DNA of 64,000 nucleotides from Marsupella aquatica (lineage: Eukaryota; Plantae; Marchantiophyta), in NCBI GenBank assembly GCA_973895155.1, contig OZ316899.1:8683241-8747240 (forward strand). The letters are read 5' to 3'. The notes beneath the pieces were generated by a model. It ran no database searches. It saw only the letters and a program-made list of their open reading frames with translations, and was not told the DNA's origin. The translations under genes and the position numbers were made by a program. How positions within the stretch are numbered: the stretch's first letter is position 1; each line of letters starts with the position of its first letter. This document shows positions 11,789 through 22,816 of this stretch, in pieces.

Positions 11789-13214
11789 GGAATTTCTTAG
11801 CGAAGTACGACGCCCATTTCCTAGGTCGATAGTTCTCGACCTGGATAACCTGGGCGGCGGAGATCTCCCCCCGGGGTTCCATCATGTGGAGAGCGTACCT
11901 CTGGAACTCCAGCCGCTCAGCTATCTCGGGCATGAGGCAGGTCCTCATCACGAACCCGTTGTCTACTGATCCCTCTGAGGGAAAACTTGAAGATTGGTAC
12001 TTGGCCCCCTTGCCCCCGGGAGCCCGTGATTCGACTCGATGGTCACCTTCAGGTAACCCGAAGATCATCTTGAGCCGTTCTTCTGTGAGGGACATATTCC
12101 TTCCCCGCAGCCGAGTCTGTTGACGTACGTCGTCATAATTCTTGACGAATTCTGTCATGTCCTCCCCGTAGTACCTGCAAGTGTTCCAGGGGAGAGAGGC
12201 GAGGTGCTCAAATCCCTGAGTCTTCAGGTACACCGCATGCTTGGGATGGAGGATGTTGCTGTGAACGTTTTCCCCCATGCGATGCATCGTCACCTTGGCT
12301 ACGGCTACCGTGGCCAACGGTAACCCGGATGCAGTGGCGGATTCCTTCCTCTTCTTTCCCCGTGACTGACTCGGGGAAGGTGATACTTCCCCATCCTCCC
12401 GATCGGGCCTGGGGAGTGCCACTGCGGTTGGTAACGGGCCCGGGGCGGCCACGGTCACCATGTTGTCTGTTGGGGCCGCTCCTGGGGTCAGAGCAGGGGG
12501 TGGGGACGATATAGTGTCGGCCCCCCGAGCGCTTGTTCCTCTGGGCCGCCTGGTCAAGGGTGGGGTAGCCTCGTCGTCATCGCTAAGATCCACAGCGTTG
12601 ATGACGGAGCGTACCTGTGCTGGCTGGGTGATAGGTGGTGGGGTTTGGCTAGGCTGCGGCTGAGGCTGAAGCTGAAGCTGAGGTTGAGGCTGAAGCTGAG
12701 GTTGCATGGGCACGAGTACAGGTACGGGCCCGGCTGAGTTGGTCATGTTGGTTGATGGCCGAGTTCCCATGAAGCTCTGCAGGTGTTGGTAGAAGTTCTC
12801 CGAAGCGAGTGCGGACGCCCTTGTCGAACGGTTGGTACTGGACTCACCGTTAATGACAGCCCAAACCTGGGCAGGGATGTGGTCGAAGTGATGTCGCTGC
12901 AGGTCGATTGTACCCGGGATATTGAAGACCTCGTCCGGAAGCCGAAGCAATGCTTCCCAGAACCCGATATATTTGTCTCCGTTGAAGAAGTACCCAGATA
13001 CCTCAGCTGGTCGGTAAAGCTCGCTCTGAGACGGGTAGTCAAAGTTAAGGACGTAGTGGTGTCGTCCTGCTAGGCGGATGGCTCTCTCGTATTCGCGTTC
13101 GATCTCGTATCGGCGCGGGTTGGCGTGTTTCAATGAATCGGCCAAGTGCCTTCCGGTAGATAGGAACTGCGTCCAGAATCGAATGGCCGAGCTGGAGAGG
13201 ATCGTGTGCGACAT
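11730..13214 (-). CDS. LTR-encoded ORF-A, 494 aa; C-terminal part resembles plant retroelement accessory (PMD/Transposase_32-like) domains
   Basis: Intact ATG-initiated ORF with a Pro/Gln linker and basic NLS-like RGKKRKE. The block GFEHLASLPW..EFVKNYD..TRLRGR..LT...IFGLPEG aligns by eye with the Gypsy-2 LTR peptide GLEAFVKLPW..EFVGSWD..TRVYGR..LT...VFGLPMG. Confidence 0.75.
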   Translation of the reverse strand: MSHTILSSSAIRFWTQFLSTGRHLADSLKHANPRRYEIEREYERAIRLAGRHHYVLNFDYPSQSELYRPAEVSGYFFNGDKYIGFWEALLRLPDEVFNIPGTIDLQRHHFDHIPAQVWAVINGESSTNRSTRASALASENFYQHLQSFMGTRPSTNMTNSAGPVPVLVPMQPQLQPQPQLQLQPQPQPSQTPPPITQPAQVRSVINAVDLSDDDEATPPLTRRPRGTSARGADTISSPPPALTPGAAPTDNMVTVAAPGPLPTAVALPRPDREDGEVSPSPSQSRGKKRKESATASGLPLATVAVAKVTMHRMGENVHSNILHPKHAVYLKTQGFEHLASLPWNTCRYYGEDMTEFVKNYDDVRQQTRLRGRNMSLTEERLKMIFGLPEGDHRVESRAPGGKGAKYQSSSFPSEGSVDNGFVMRTCLMPEIAERLEFQRYALHMMEPRGEISAAQVIQVENYRPRKWASYFAKKFHEEMEQKEDAVHWREGVFR

Positions 13215-13689
13215 TCAGAGGAGATAGTAGTGGCGACCTAGAGAGAACGAGAGAGCTGGGGTCGAAGCTGGCGCGCGGACTGATGGACTGGTGCACTACA
13301 AAGGGTTGGCTCCCCTTTTATACTTTGAGGGCTTGTCGATCCCCGACGTCTCCTTGACGCCCATAGGTTGAACCGCTCACGCTTGTGGTGTACCGGCCAC
13401 TCCGCCGGTCTGAGTCAGCGTGCGTCAGTGGCCGCTTCCTTAAGTTCGTTATACGGACCCGAGGGAGGGGCCCCTCCACGCTCGTAACCCGGGTGTGCAA
13501 ATAGCAACCTGCCGCCAGCCCGAACCTGAAGTCCCCCTTATTGCCTAATGATGTCCTACCCCTAATGATTACCTAAATACTGTCGTTATGCTAATAATAG
13601 CGGCCTAAGACCCACCTAACGCGCGTGCCGAGCGCAGTTAGACTGAATCACTCATTAACCGCCGTACCGGCGGCGTCACACTAATATAC

Positions 13690-16600
13690 AATCATACCAC
13701 ATTGAAAAGGATACATCGGATATCACATATACATGGCATTGCAGACTCGGCCACCCAGGCATTAATATGTACACCAGAATAATTAGGGACTCCAAAGGAA
13801 TCCCACAGACGGCCAAACCAAACGCCATGGCCCCACAGTGCATGGCCTGCTCACAGGGCAAGATGATAACACGCCCATCGATACCAAAAATAGTCTACAG
13901 GATCCCCAACTTTTTGGAGCAGCTCAATGCAGATGTATGCGGCCCCATCGACCCTCCAAGCGGGCCATTCAAATATTTCCTGGTACTCATCGACTCCTCC
14001 ACAAAATGGCTACAAATTTCCTTACTCTCCACCCGTAATATGGTATTCGCAAGAATACTTGCGCATATCTTAAAATTAAAAGCTCAGTTCCCTGAGCACC
14101 CCACACGCATATTACGAGTTGACGGAGCAGGAGAATTTACATCCAAAGCCTTCGACGACTTCTGCTGGACAGCAGGTATTGATACTTAGTACTCTATACC
14201 CCACGTACACTTTCAAAACGGAATAGCAGAATCCGTTATTAAAAGACTCCAAATGATTGCCAGACCATTGTTAATGCACTCAAATTTACCACTATCAGCA
14301 TGGGGCCACGCCATCCTCCACGCATCAACACTACTGAAATACAGACCTTCAACATATAATTCGAAGACACCTTATCACCTAGCATTCGGAACGCCCCCCG
14401 AATTATCACACCTACGCATATTCGGGTGCAAGGTCATGGTACCGACCCTAGGGCCTAAAAAGACCAAAATAGGACCCCAAAGACATCCAAGCATATATGT
14501 AGGATTCGATTCTACATCCATTATTCGATATCTGGAACCCACGACATCCGATCTATTCAAAGCTCGATATCAAGACTGCCACTTTTATGAAGACCAATTC
14601 CCTGCATTATCAAACGGATCAACTCTATATAACCAAAACCGCCAGAACTTAAACTGGCAAAACCAGACCCTCATCAACCAAGACTCGAGAAGCAAGAGAG
14701 CAGATGAAGAAGTGAGGCGACTCCTTCACCTCAATGAGATGTTAACAAAAATCCCAGACGCATTTAATGATGCCGCAAACGTGACAAGGTCACATATTGA
14801 AGCAGCAAACATACCTGCACGCGTGCAGATATCCAAGGATCTCGCCACAGAGACAGCCCCAAGAACAAAAAAGGGGTAGACCACCAGGCGCAAAAGACGT
14901 ACATCCACGGCAGCGAAAACCCACCTCAACGAAACCTGTCACCACACTAAGTACGGTACACCCAGACCTTACCCATACCCATATTATGGACAATGAAGAG
15001 ATATCCATTCAATATAACCCTAAACCCTAAACCCTAAACCCATACGGGACAAATATACAACAGACATTCCACAGACATAAATACACAATTCGTATACCAC
15101 ATAGTACAAGAAATAACCGGTGATACACCAGATCCACTTACCCTGAAGGAAGCCCAAAAGCTAGCAGATTGGCCGAAGTGGCAAGAAGCCATCAACACTG
15201 AGATGGACGCCCTCATCAAGCGACAAGTCTTCGGACCACTCATACAGGCTTCCCCAGGTAACAATTACACTGACTCCCACTTTACATTCATCAGAAAATG
15301 GAATGCTAAAGGAGAAGTCATACGATACAGAGCACGGTTAGTGGCAAAAGGGTATACACAAGTCCCAGGCAGGGACTATGATCTTACATACTCACCCGTG
15401 ATGGACGCCATAACATATAGATACCTCATATCATTTTCCATACAACATCAACTTCTTAATATCCTAATGGACGTGGTAACTGCGTACCTGTATGGCATCT
15501 TAGACACTAAAATATACATGAAAGCACCTCAGGCATTGATCCAGAGAGTGAGAGAACATACTTAGGGGGAGACGTCTCAGAACCTGAATCCAGAAATCAT
15601 GTCGGGCATACGACAGATAGTACCTGATACACAGGTTAAAAATCTTCTCATGCAAAGTGGCAATACAACATATATGCAAAAGAAACAAACTGGAAATACA
15701 GGACAGGGCCAACCAACCCTAGCAGTCAGAGTGTTACGCTCTATAAACGGATTAAAGCAGAGCGAAAGGATATGGTATAAAACGTTTCAAACGGAGATGA
15801 TTAAACTCGGATTCACCAATACAGATATAGCTCCCTGTATCTTCATCAAACGGGAACAGTAGGAATTTATAATCCTAGCATTATATGTAGATGATGTGAA
15901 CCTATTCGGGACACCTACTATAACCAAAGAAACTGTCAAAACACTGCAAGGAGTATTCGAGATGAAAGACCTCGGTGAACCCACATACTGCTTAGGCCTA
16001 CAATTCGAGCACCTCCACAATGGCACTTTCATCTGCCAATCAACATATACAGAGAAAATCATCAAACAATTCAATATGCAACTATCCTACCCGGTATCGA
16101 CACCAATGGAGCTAAGGTCTCTTGACCCTGAAAAGGATATGTTCAGGCGCAGACAGGAAAACGAACCCATATTAGGCTCAGAGAAGCCTTATCTATCTGC
16201 AGTGGGGGCACTGATGTACCTCGCGAACCATACCAGACCAGACATCTCATTTTCAGTTAACCTCCTCGCCAGACACAGTGCTCAACCAACAATCCGCCAT
16301 TGGAACGGCCTCAATCGGATATTCAGATATCTCCAAGGTACAACTGACCTCGGCCTTTTCTTCCCAAAAGACACCACTGATACCCTCACCGGATACACTG
16401 ATGCAGGATATCTATCAGACCTACAAGATTCAAAATCTCAAACCGGCTACGTCTTCCTGCAAGGCACAACTGCGATATCCTGGCGTAGCACTAAGCAATC
16501 TATGACCACAACCTCATCCAACCACTCGGAAGTCATCGCATTATACGAGGCATGCAGAGAAGCAATCTGGCTCCGAAGCATGATTAACCACATCAGAACC

Positions 16601-16939
16601 AGCACTGGACAACCACCGATCACTACGCCCACTGTCATCTATGAGGATAACAAAGCCTGCATCGATCAAATTGTTAACGGCATCATGAAAACAGAAAGAA
16701 CGAAGTATATAGACCCCAAGTTCTTCTTTACCCAAGAACAACAAGGCAAGAACATACAAGTCGAATGGATTCGCTCACAGGATAACAGAGCAGATATATT
16801 TACGAAACCTTTACCACCCGCTACCCACCGTGAACATGTAGCAGGTATAGGAATGATAAAGCTTTCAGCATTACTCCAAGAAAGACAAGGAAATACCTCA
16901 ATGACGACCAAGGATGAACGCAAGAAACGAAACAAATGA
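13690..16939 (+). pseudogene. pol: Copia pol (GAG-pre-integrase, integrase, RT, RNase H) with several stops and a frameshift
   Basis: WHCRLGHP, RVDGAGEF, YRARLVAKGY, MDVVTAYLYG, GLKQS, LYVDD, GYTDAGY, ADIFTKPL. Stops near 14187, 14877, 15563 and 15860. Confidence 0.92.
15016..15041 (+). repeat. Interstitial plant telomeric repeat (AAACCCT)~3.7 inserted in copia pol
   Basis: AACCCTAAACCCTAAACCCTAAACCC interrupts EISIQY|HTGQIYNR and shifts the frame. Confidence 0.85.
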
Positions 16940-17574
16940 CAGAACCTGGAATGAGTTGTCGCCCATAGTGTCGCAACCCCCGCACACAAATAACGAGCGC
17001 GTTTACCTAAAGCTCAGCTTCCCAAGTTCCAACAGCTCACTTCTGAACGTTACCACCACGAATTCAGTCGGCTCCGAAACAACACCAACCAGGATGCGAA
17101 ACAAAAAGCCATGGCGCAGCACACTAGAGAAGCATCGCCAGAGACTCCAAGCACACAGAGTTGCAACAACAACACATCGCACACACCAACAAAAAGTGAC
17201 ATGGAAATCCGATCGATACACATCGTCTCTATTTTCGTCGACAAACTACGAACTAACGAACCCTTTGTGAGCGAGTTTTAGTTTAGGTTACAATTTTACA
17301 TAGAGGCAGGTTCATCTTACACGAGTAATTCCATATAATGGATAGGTAATTGCATCTTACACATGTAATGGCAAATAATTACCCCCCATAAACTATAGGA
17401 AACATAAAATAAATGGATACAGATTGGATCCCCACATGTAATGATGGTAGTACTCTTTCCTTGAGAAGAAAGCAGCAAGGTTTTAATGAGGCTACATCAA
17501 AGGGAATACAAATTTAATTCCTTAGGGTTAAACACATGGTTACTTTACACCCCCATAAACTAACCAAGGGGGAG

Positions 17575-17714
17575 TGTTGTAAACCATAGTTTACATATAA
17601 CCCTAGCTAAGGTTACCTTTAACCTTAGACCATGTAACCTCATGGCTATATAAAGCCACACCTTAATGAAGAGTTAACACATTATTCCAAGCATTGGTAT
17701 CCCAACTCTTAACA
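17575..17714 (+). repeat. 3' LTR of the Bianca-like element (~140 bp)
   Basis: Starts TGTTG right after the PPT, contains CTATATAAAG and ends TTAACA. The right edge is unconfirmed because the 5' LTR is outside the window. Confidence 0.65.
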
Positions 17715-20700
17715 AATTTGATATATTCTCAGGTTTTCCTTTCAACGGTCATATTCAACGGTAACTATAGGTTGCGTGACCCTGAATACATCAATCCCCT
17801 TTGGTGTTGTCGAATAAGATAACGACATGTGTCACAGATCCAGGCCAGTGGTTCAGTTTCCTTAGCGTATATGTCATGCTCTGTGCTCTAGATTCTTCTT
17901 ATTTCCCATGTTAAGTACAGTACGATCGAAGCTGTTTGACGGGTTTTTGCCATTTGCGGTACGGAAAGAGCGCGGTGGTCATTAGTACTTCCTTCGCCCT
18001 TGTGCGAGCAATGGACCCTGCCTTATCCTCCTCTCAATGCTTTAGTGGAAACGGGCACAGAGAGGTCGTTCCCTCGCAAACATCTGAGTGCTCATTTTCA
18101 GGATCTGTGTATAGTCGTCGAGTGACTCGATCCACTGCTTCGCGAGATCCTGCAGCACAACCCGCTGTATCGTTCCCGAATAGCAAGAGAGGGAAGATGG
18201 ATGATTCTGATTCGTTTGCTGTGGAGGACTTTGAAGAGACGTCGCTGACTGTTTATGATGTCATCTCCAAACACATTATGTCGTTTGGAAAAGATTTCCG
18301 AGGACATGACAAGGATCTGCCAAGGATTCCAATGTGCCGACTACTTCATATGGAAGTAGTGCGGACATTACAGAAGGGAAGTCCTTCGATAGAGAAGCTG
18401 AAAGACTCCTTTCAGAGCACAGGATACAATTCTAAGATCGGCATGTTGTTTTACGTCCAACCAACAGATTCCAATGGAGAAGTCCAGATCTGCACGCCAG
18501 AGATTCGTGCTTCCTGGGATGCAATTTGGGTCGCAGAGAACGAAAAGTTTGAGGCGGAATGTGCTGCCAACCCTGACTTCTCCGTCCTGCAGGATAAGAT
18601 GTTTTCTGTGTTTGATGGAAACCATCGACTCTACGCATGGTCCATCATCACGAAGGAGAATCCGAATGATGTGAAATACCATCCTCGCGTCCAGTGCACA
18701 ATATTCAAGGGAGAAAAGGGGTCCTTGATCGAGATTGAGGCGGCGATGCACACTGTTAACCAGTAAGTGTCTCTTCCATTATATTTCTAATCTAATCTAT
18801 GATCATAGTGTTTCACTAGCACCGGGCACTACTGACTCCCTCTCTCGTTTTCAGGCTTGGGCAGGCAGTGGTCGAACCCTCTTGGATACTTGATGCAGAC
18901 CGTATCAACCGAATTCTCTCGAATGAACTCGATTACTACAAGTCTATCATTGACGTTGCAAACTTCAAGAAGTTTGGGCAGATCATGCAGAAAACACGGA
19001 AGGGATCGTGGTATACGAAAAAATGCCTCAAGAAGCACTTTTGTACATCTTGTGTGAGAATAAGATCAAGTCTTATTCTCGACAGTTTAAGATGGATCTG
19101 GAACATGCTGCCGCTCAGGGTACACCTTGGTCTCCCGGAGAGATTTCAAAAAGACATGCAGCGATGATGAAGGAGGCAACAAAGGATTGGGCGATAAAGG
19201 TGTCAAAAATCACTCCTCTATTAAGCCCCGCTTTTGAGGATTTCATGCGGACATGTGCTAAGATGTACCCCCTCACAGAGAAGAATAAGAGAGAGAAGAA
19301 GCCGGATGCAATTGTCTGTACAATGGATTGAGCAAGATTGTTTACCGCTGTCTCTGCCCTCGACCCCAAGCTGAGGAGTACCCTTCTGGTTGCCCATTGT
19401 ACACCGGAGTTGAGGAAACAATTCTTCCATCCACAGAGCGTTAATGACGATCTAGTGAAGCAATGGTGCCATACCTGGCAAACTTGGAACACTGTGGAGG
19501 GAATCGCCGTTGGTTTGCTGCAAACCTCCCTACGCCAGGTTAGTGATATAGTACCCGCCAATCGGTTGTAGGAGTGAGAGTGTGAGTCGATTGAATCGCT
19601 TATTGAAATAGTCTCAAAGGACTTCAAGAAATTTGGGGACGCTGTGAAAGGCAAGTTTTTTAATACAATGTGGCCTTCCAAGTATCCCGACAAGGCTGAC
19701 TACACCCTCAAGAATCAGAAGAGGGCCAAACGATACCTGTACCGTTTCTTCATGCATATGGAGATTGTGAAGCCAGATTACTTTTGGGCATACCCTGCTG
19801 CTTTCCAAAAGTGGATCGTTGTTCCCGAAGGAGACATACTGGCCGACGTGTATTCAATGTATCCCACTGAAGGGTGTCTTCCACCAAGGGAACTGTCAGA
19901 ATGGGAGAGAATTCATTGTCCTTGGTATTTGGACACCGGTAGATGGGACTCTCCATTTGGAGACATTGAGAAAGACGCATTTCATAAGCTTTCAAAGTCT
20001 CAGGTCCCTCCCAAGTTTGTGTCCGACATGAAGCAGGGAATTGAAGGTGATGTGAGCAAGTTGGCGGCAGAATTGCAATCGGTGTGCGAAACTACGGTTG
20101 TTCATGTTGATCGAAGTTGCAACCCAGAGCCAAAGCAAAAACCAAAGCTGCGGCACCGAGTACCTCAACGCGGTCTGCCAAAAAACGTAAGTTGTCATTC
20201 AGCTTGTAGCTTCACATTTTGGTTAGCGCCAGGCGCTGCTATATGACTATGTCTATTGGTTTGTTTTTTTCAATTGGTTTGGACAGCGCCTGGTGCTATT
20301 ATTCAGCATTGAATAAATTATGTTGTTTTTCCTTTAGGTGGGAGAGAGTCTGACGCTGCAACCGATGAAACAAAAGTAGATGCCACTCCGAAGCCTTTCG
20401 AAGCCAATACCGGTGCCCAGTCAGACCCAGTAACTCCAATTGACAAAGCGAAAGAGATTGTCCCTCTTGATGCAACCAGTACAAAGAAGAAAAAGAAAAG
20501 GGCAATTCAAGCAGGAGAATCTTCCAGAGATGATGCCGCTGGAACTGGTGTTCAGAGAGATGTGGGAACCTTCAAGAGCAAATCTTCTAGGCATTGCATG
20601 GTGGAAACAAGTATCCAAGAATTTATTGATATTGCTTTCAACAAAGCAGCGAAACCAGATTGGGTGACTGATGCAGAGAAATGGAGAAAGGACTTAATCA

Positions 20701-22816
20701 AGTCGGGTTCCCGAGAAAAGGGAGTAATCAAAGGAGGAAAAGAACGATCGTTTGGTGTCAATGCAGGATTCATCTATCTTCCTACTGGACTTAAACCTAC
20801 GCTCATGGACCGTCGGGTTCCAAAGTGGAATGTACCAGACCACATAGTTCCCAATTCTTTCTTCAAAGCGATGGACCCTTTCCTTTATGATGATGGCATG
20901 CTTGCGATCTTGTATTTTGATGACCATGACCAGGTCTCGCAACTCATTTCAGCATGCCAGCAGTCCAAAAAGTTCCATTGTGTCAATTCTCACAATGTCG
21001 TCATGTCTATGCCCATGTACAGAGCAAAGACCGATATTCAGGTACAGATCATTGCATCTCTTGTTTATTGTTAGCGACCGGCGCTAATTTAGTCTTTGCT
21101 GTTGTTCTCGAATCATTGCCCGTCGATTGATAATTTGAGCCAAACGTGTGCGATGCGTGCAGGTATTTACCCTTAGGCTAGACATATTTTGTCGAACTTC
21201 TTCAAAAGGAAAGGTACCAAAGGATCCAAGGTTTAAGCCTCTGTCAATAAGTGAAGATCCTTCAATCTCTAACTTGATTGGGCTTCCAACCTTGAAGACA
21301 GATCATTTCCCGGAGTTGGATTTTGCTGGGAACGCCTGCCTTTCGGTTGGTTTTATGCAATCGGTGATAGAGCTTTTTACTCTTCTTGGAGATATTGTCC
21401 TTGACTGGACTGTAGGTTCAGGAAGCACATTCATTGCTGGTGATTTTTCTGGTCGTTTTGTGATTGGGTTGGAAAATAGGCGTGAGTTTGTTGAGACCGC
21501 ATCAAGGGTTTTCTTAGAACTTCTTGATCCCAAGCATGTTCCGATATTGCCTCCTCCCGCGACCAATTTAAGTGGTCGCAAAAAGAAAGATAGGCTCCGA
21601 TCTGTTCTCAATTTTGATTCCGACGAAGAGGAAGGTACCTCTGGAGACGTCGGAGATGACATAGAGAAAACCCAGGAGGAAGATTCTTCGGAGAAGAGCG
21701 AAGACTCAGACGAGTAATGTTCTTCCAGTAAGCTTCTTTATCCTTTCAAGTGTTGTTGACAATTCTGGGTTCTTGCTCTCTTATCTCCTAAACTTATATT
21801 TTGATCCGTTTTACTGGATCAGGTCAGAATGGAATCTGAGGAAGCATTTCCAACTCTGGAGGAGACTAGCTAGGAATGTAATTGTCACTCCTGAGAAGCT
21901 GTTTGTTTTGCCCTCATACGCTGAAAATGCCGCTAAGAGGGTTGACAAAATTAGAACGCTTTGTTGGGAAACAAAAGGTCTACGTCTTCAGAGGGGAGCA
22001 GACAGGAAGTTCATGAGGAACCCTTATATAGATGATGTTTCCCGAAGCAAGTACATTGATGACGAAGCCGAGTCCACGGACAGATCTGAAAGCTCCGCAT
22101 CAGAAACATCTTGTAGTTTATAGGTAGCAATGGAGTTTTCTTAGAATACATCGTTTAATGTTTCAATATGTAAGCATTTCGATGAATTGGCTGATTTTAA
22201 GCCCTTTCAACTTTTACTAGCGCCAGGCGCTCCTCAAACATACTGTCTTTATTATATTTTTATTTCAGATTCTTGAAGTTTGAGTTGTGAAGACGTGTGC
22301 TCAGGTGCAATATTGGCTAGCGCCGGGCGCTTCCCAATTTTCTAAAGGTTCTTGGGTGTGGATTCTTTCCGGGCTGTGGTTGCATAAATGTTTTGTTTTC
22401 CGTCTGATTTTGTTGTATTAGGTGAACTGGCGGGAACAGTCGTGGATCTTTGCAGCTAGATGTCTTCTGGAAAGACCCTGATCGGGAGGAGGTTGGAATA
22501 GACGATGGTTGTCAACTGGGATTACTGTAGTAGCTCCAGGCGCTACTGAAAGGTTTTGGTTAATTATAATTGACTTAAATAGCGTTCCAAGATTGAACAT
22601 TTCATAACCCCCTTCATTAAATATCCTCCGAGAGTGCAATTGGTACAAATTATAGACTCTTCACAGTGCCCGGCGCTAGCAATAATCGTGGAGAGTTCCT
22701 ACCGCTACGAGTTTCTTGTTTGAGACTAGAATTTTCCTGTTACCAGTATTTTTGCCTGTTACCAGTTTCTGTTATGAATACCTGTTTCCTGTTTTCCTGC
22801 CTTTTGTAAACACCTC
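17715..22816 (+). mobile_element. Mutator-like element copy 1: half carrying the ParB-MTase-like gene and one terminus
   Basis: Gene homologous to 31842-34891, eight palindrome copies, and subterminal CTGTTATGA..CTGTTTCCTGTTT(T)CCT matching the opposite end of copy 2 (40259-40289). Confidence 0.75.
18011..22123 (+). pseudogene. Spliced gene for a ParB/Srx-like domain + helical region + beta-class N6A/N4C DNA-methyltransferase-like domain + acidic tail
   Basis: FSVFDGNHRLYAW at 18614-18628. GDIVLDWTVGSGSTFIAGDFSGRFVIGLE near 21388-21475 matches the N6_N4_Mtase motif-I pattern GDxVLDPFxGSGTTxxAxxxxGRxxIGxE. GT-AG introns at 18763-18854, 20187-20337 and 21042-21162 have donors at the same positions in copy 2. 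Frameshifts and stops occur in exon 2; the last exon (to 22123) is tentative. Confidence 0.72.

Larger units (their letters stand above)
1..13680 (-). mobile_element. Ty3/Gypsy LTR retrotransposon 'Gypsy-1' (non-chromovirus, no chromodomain seen), young; 3' LTR runs off the left edge of the window
   Basis: Two near-identical direct repeats at constant offset 10101 (1-3579 = 10102-13680), with PBS, PPT-like tract and gag-PR-RT-RH-IN order between them. Confidence 0.96.
9663..13680 (-). repeat. 5' LTR of Gypsy-1, 4018 bp
   Basis: Termini TGTGACGCCG...CGACGTGACA (TG..CA, 8/10 inverted match) next to the PBS. 9663-10101 has no partner inside the window, so that edge is inferred from the terminus and PBS. 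Confidence 0.88.
13681..17714 (+). mobile_element. Ty1/Copia LTR retrotransposon, Bianca-like; 3' half (5' half displaced left by Gypsy-1)
   Basis: IN-RT-RH order, Bianca-style motifs DVCGPIDPPSGPFKYFLVLID and TTSSNHSEVIALYEA, PPT AAGGGGGAG at 17566-17574, short 3' LTR. Confidence 0.9.

Noticed and set aside
16914-17270. 118-aa ORF after copia pol (env-like?)
   Set aside because: Low-complexity T/N/S/R-rich frame in an A/C-skewed strand; no transmembrane or conserved motif.
18011-22123. Bacterial or phage contamination as the source of the ParB-MTase-like gene
   Set aside because: It has spliceosomal introns conserved in two copies and is interleaved with plant transposons.
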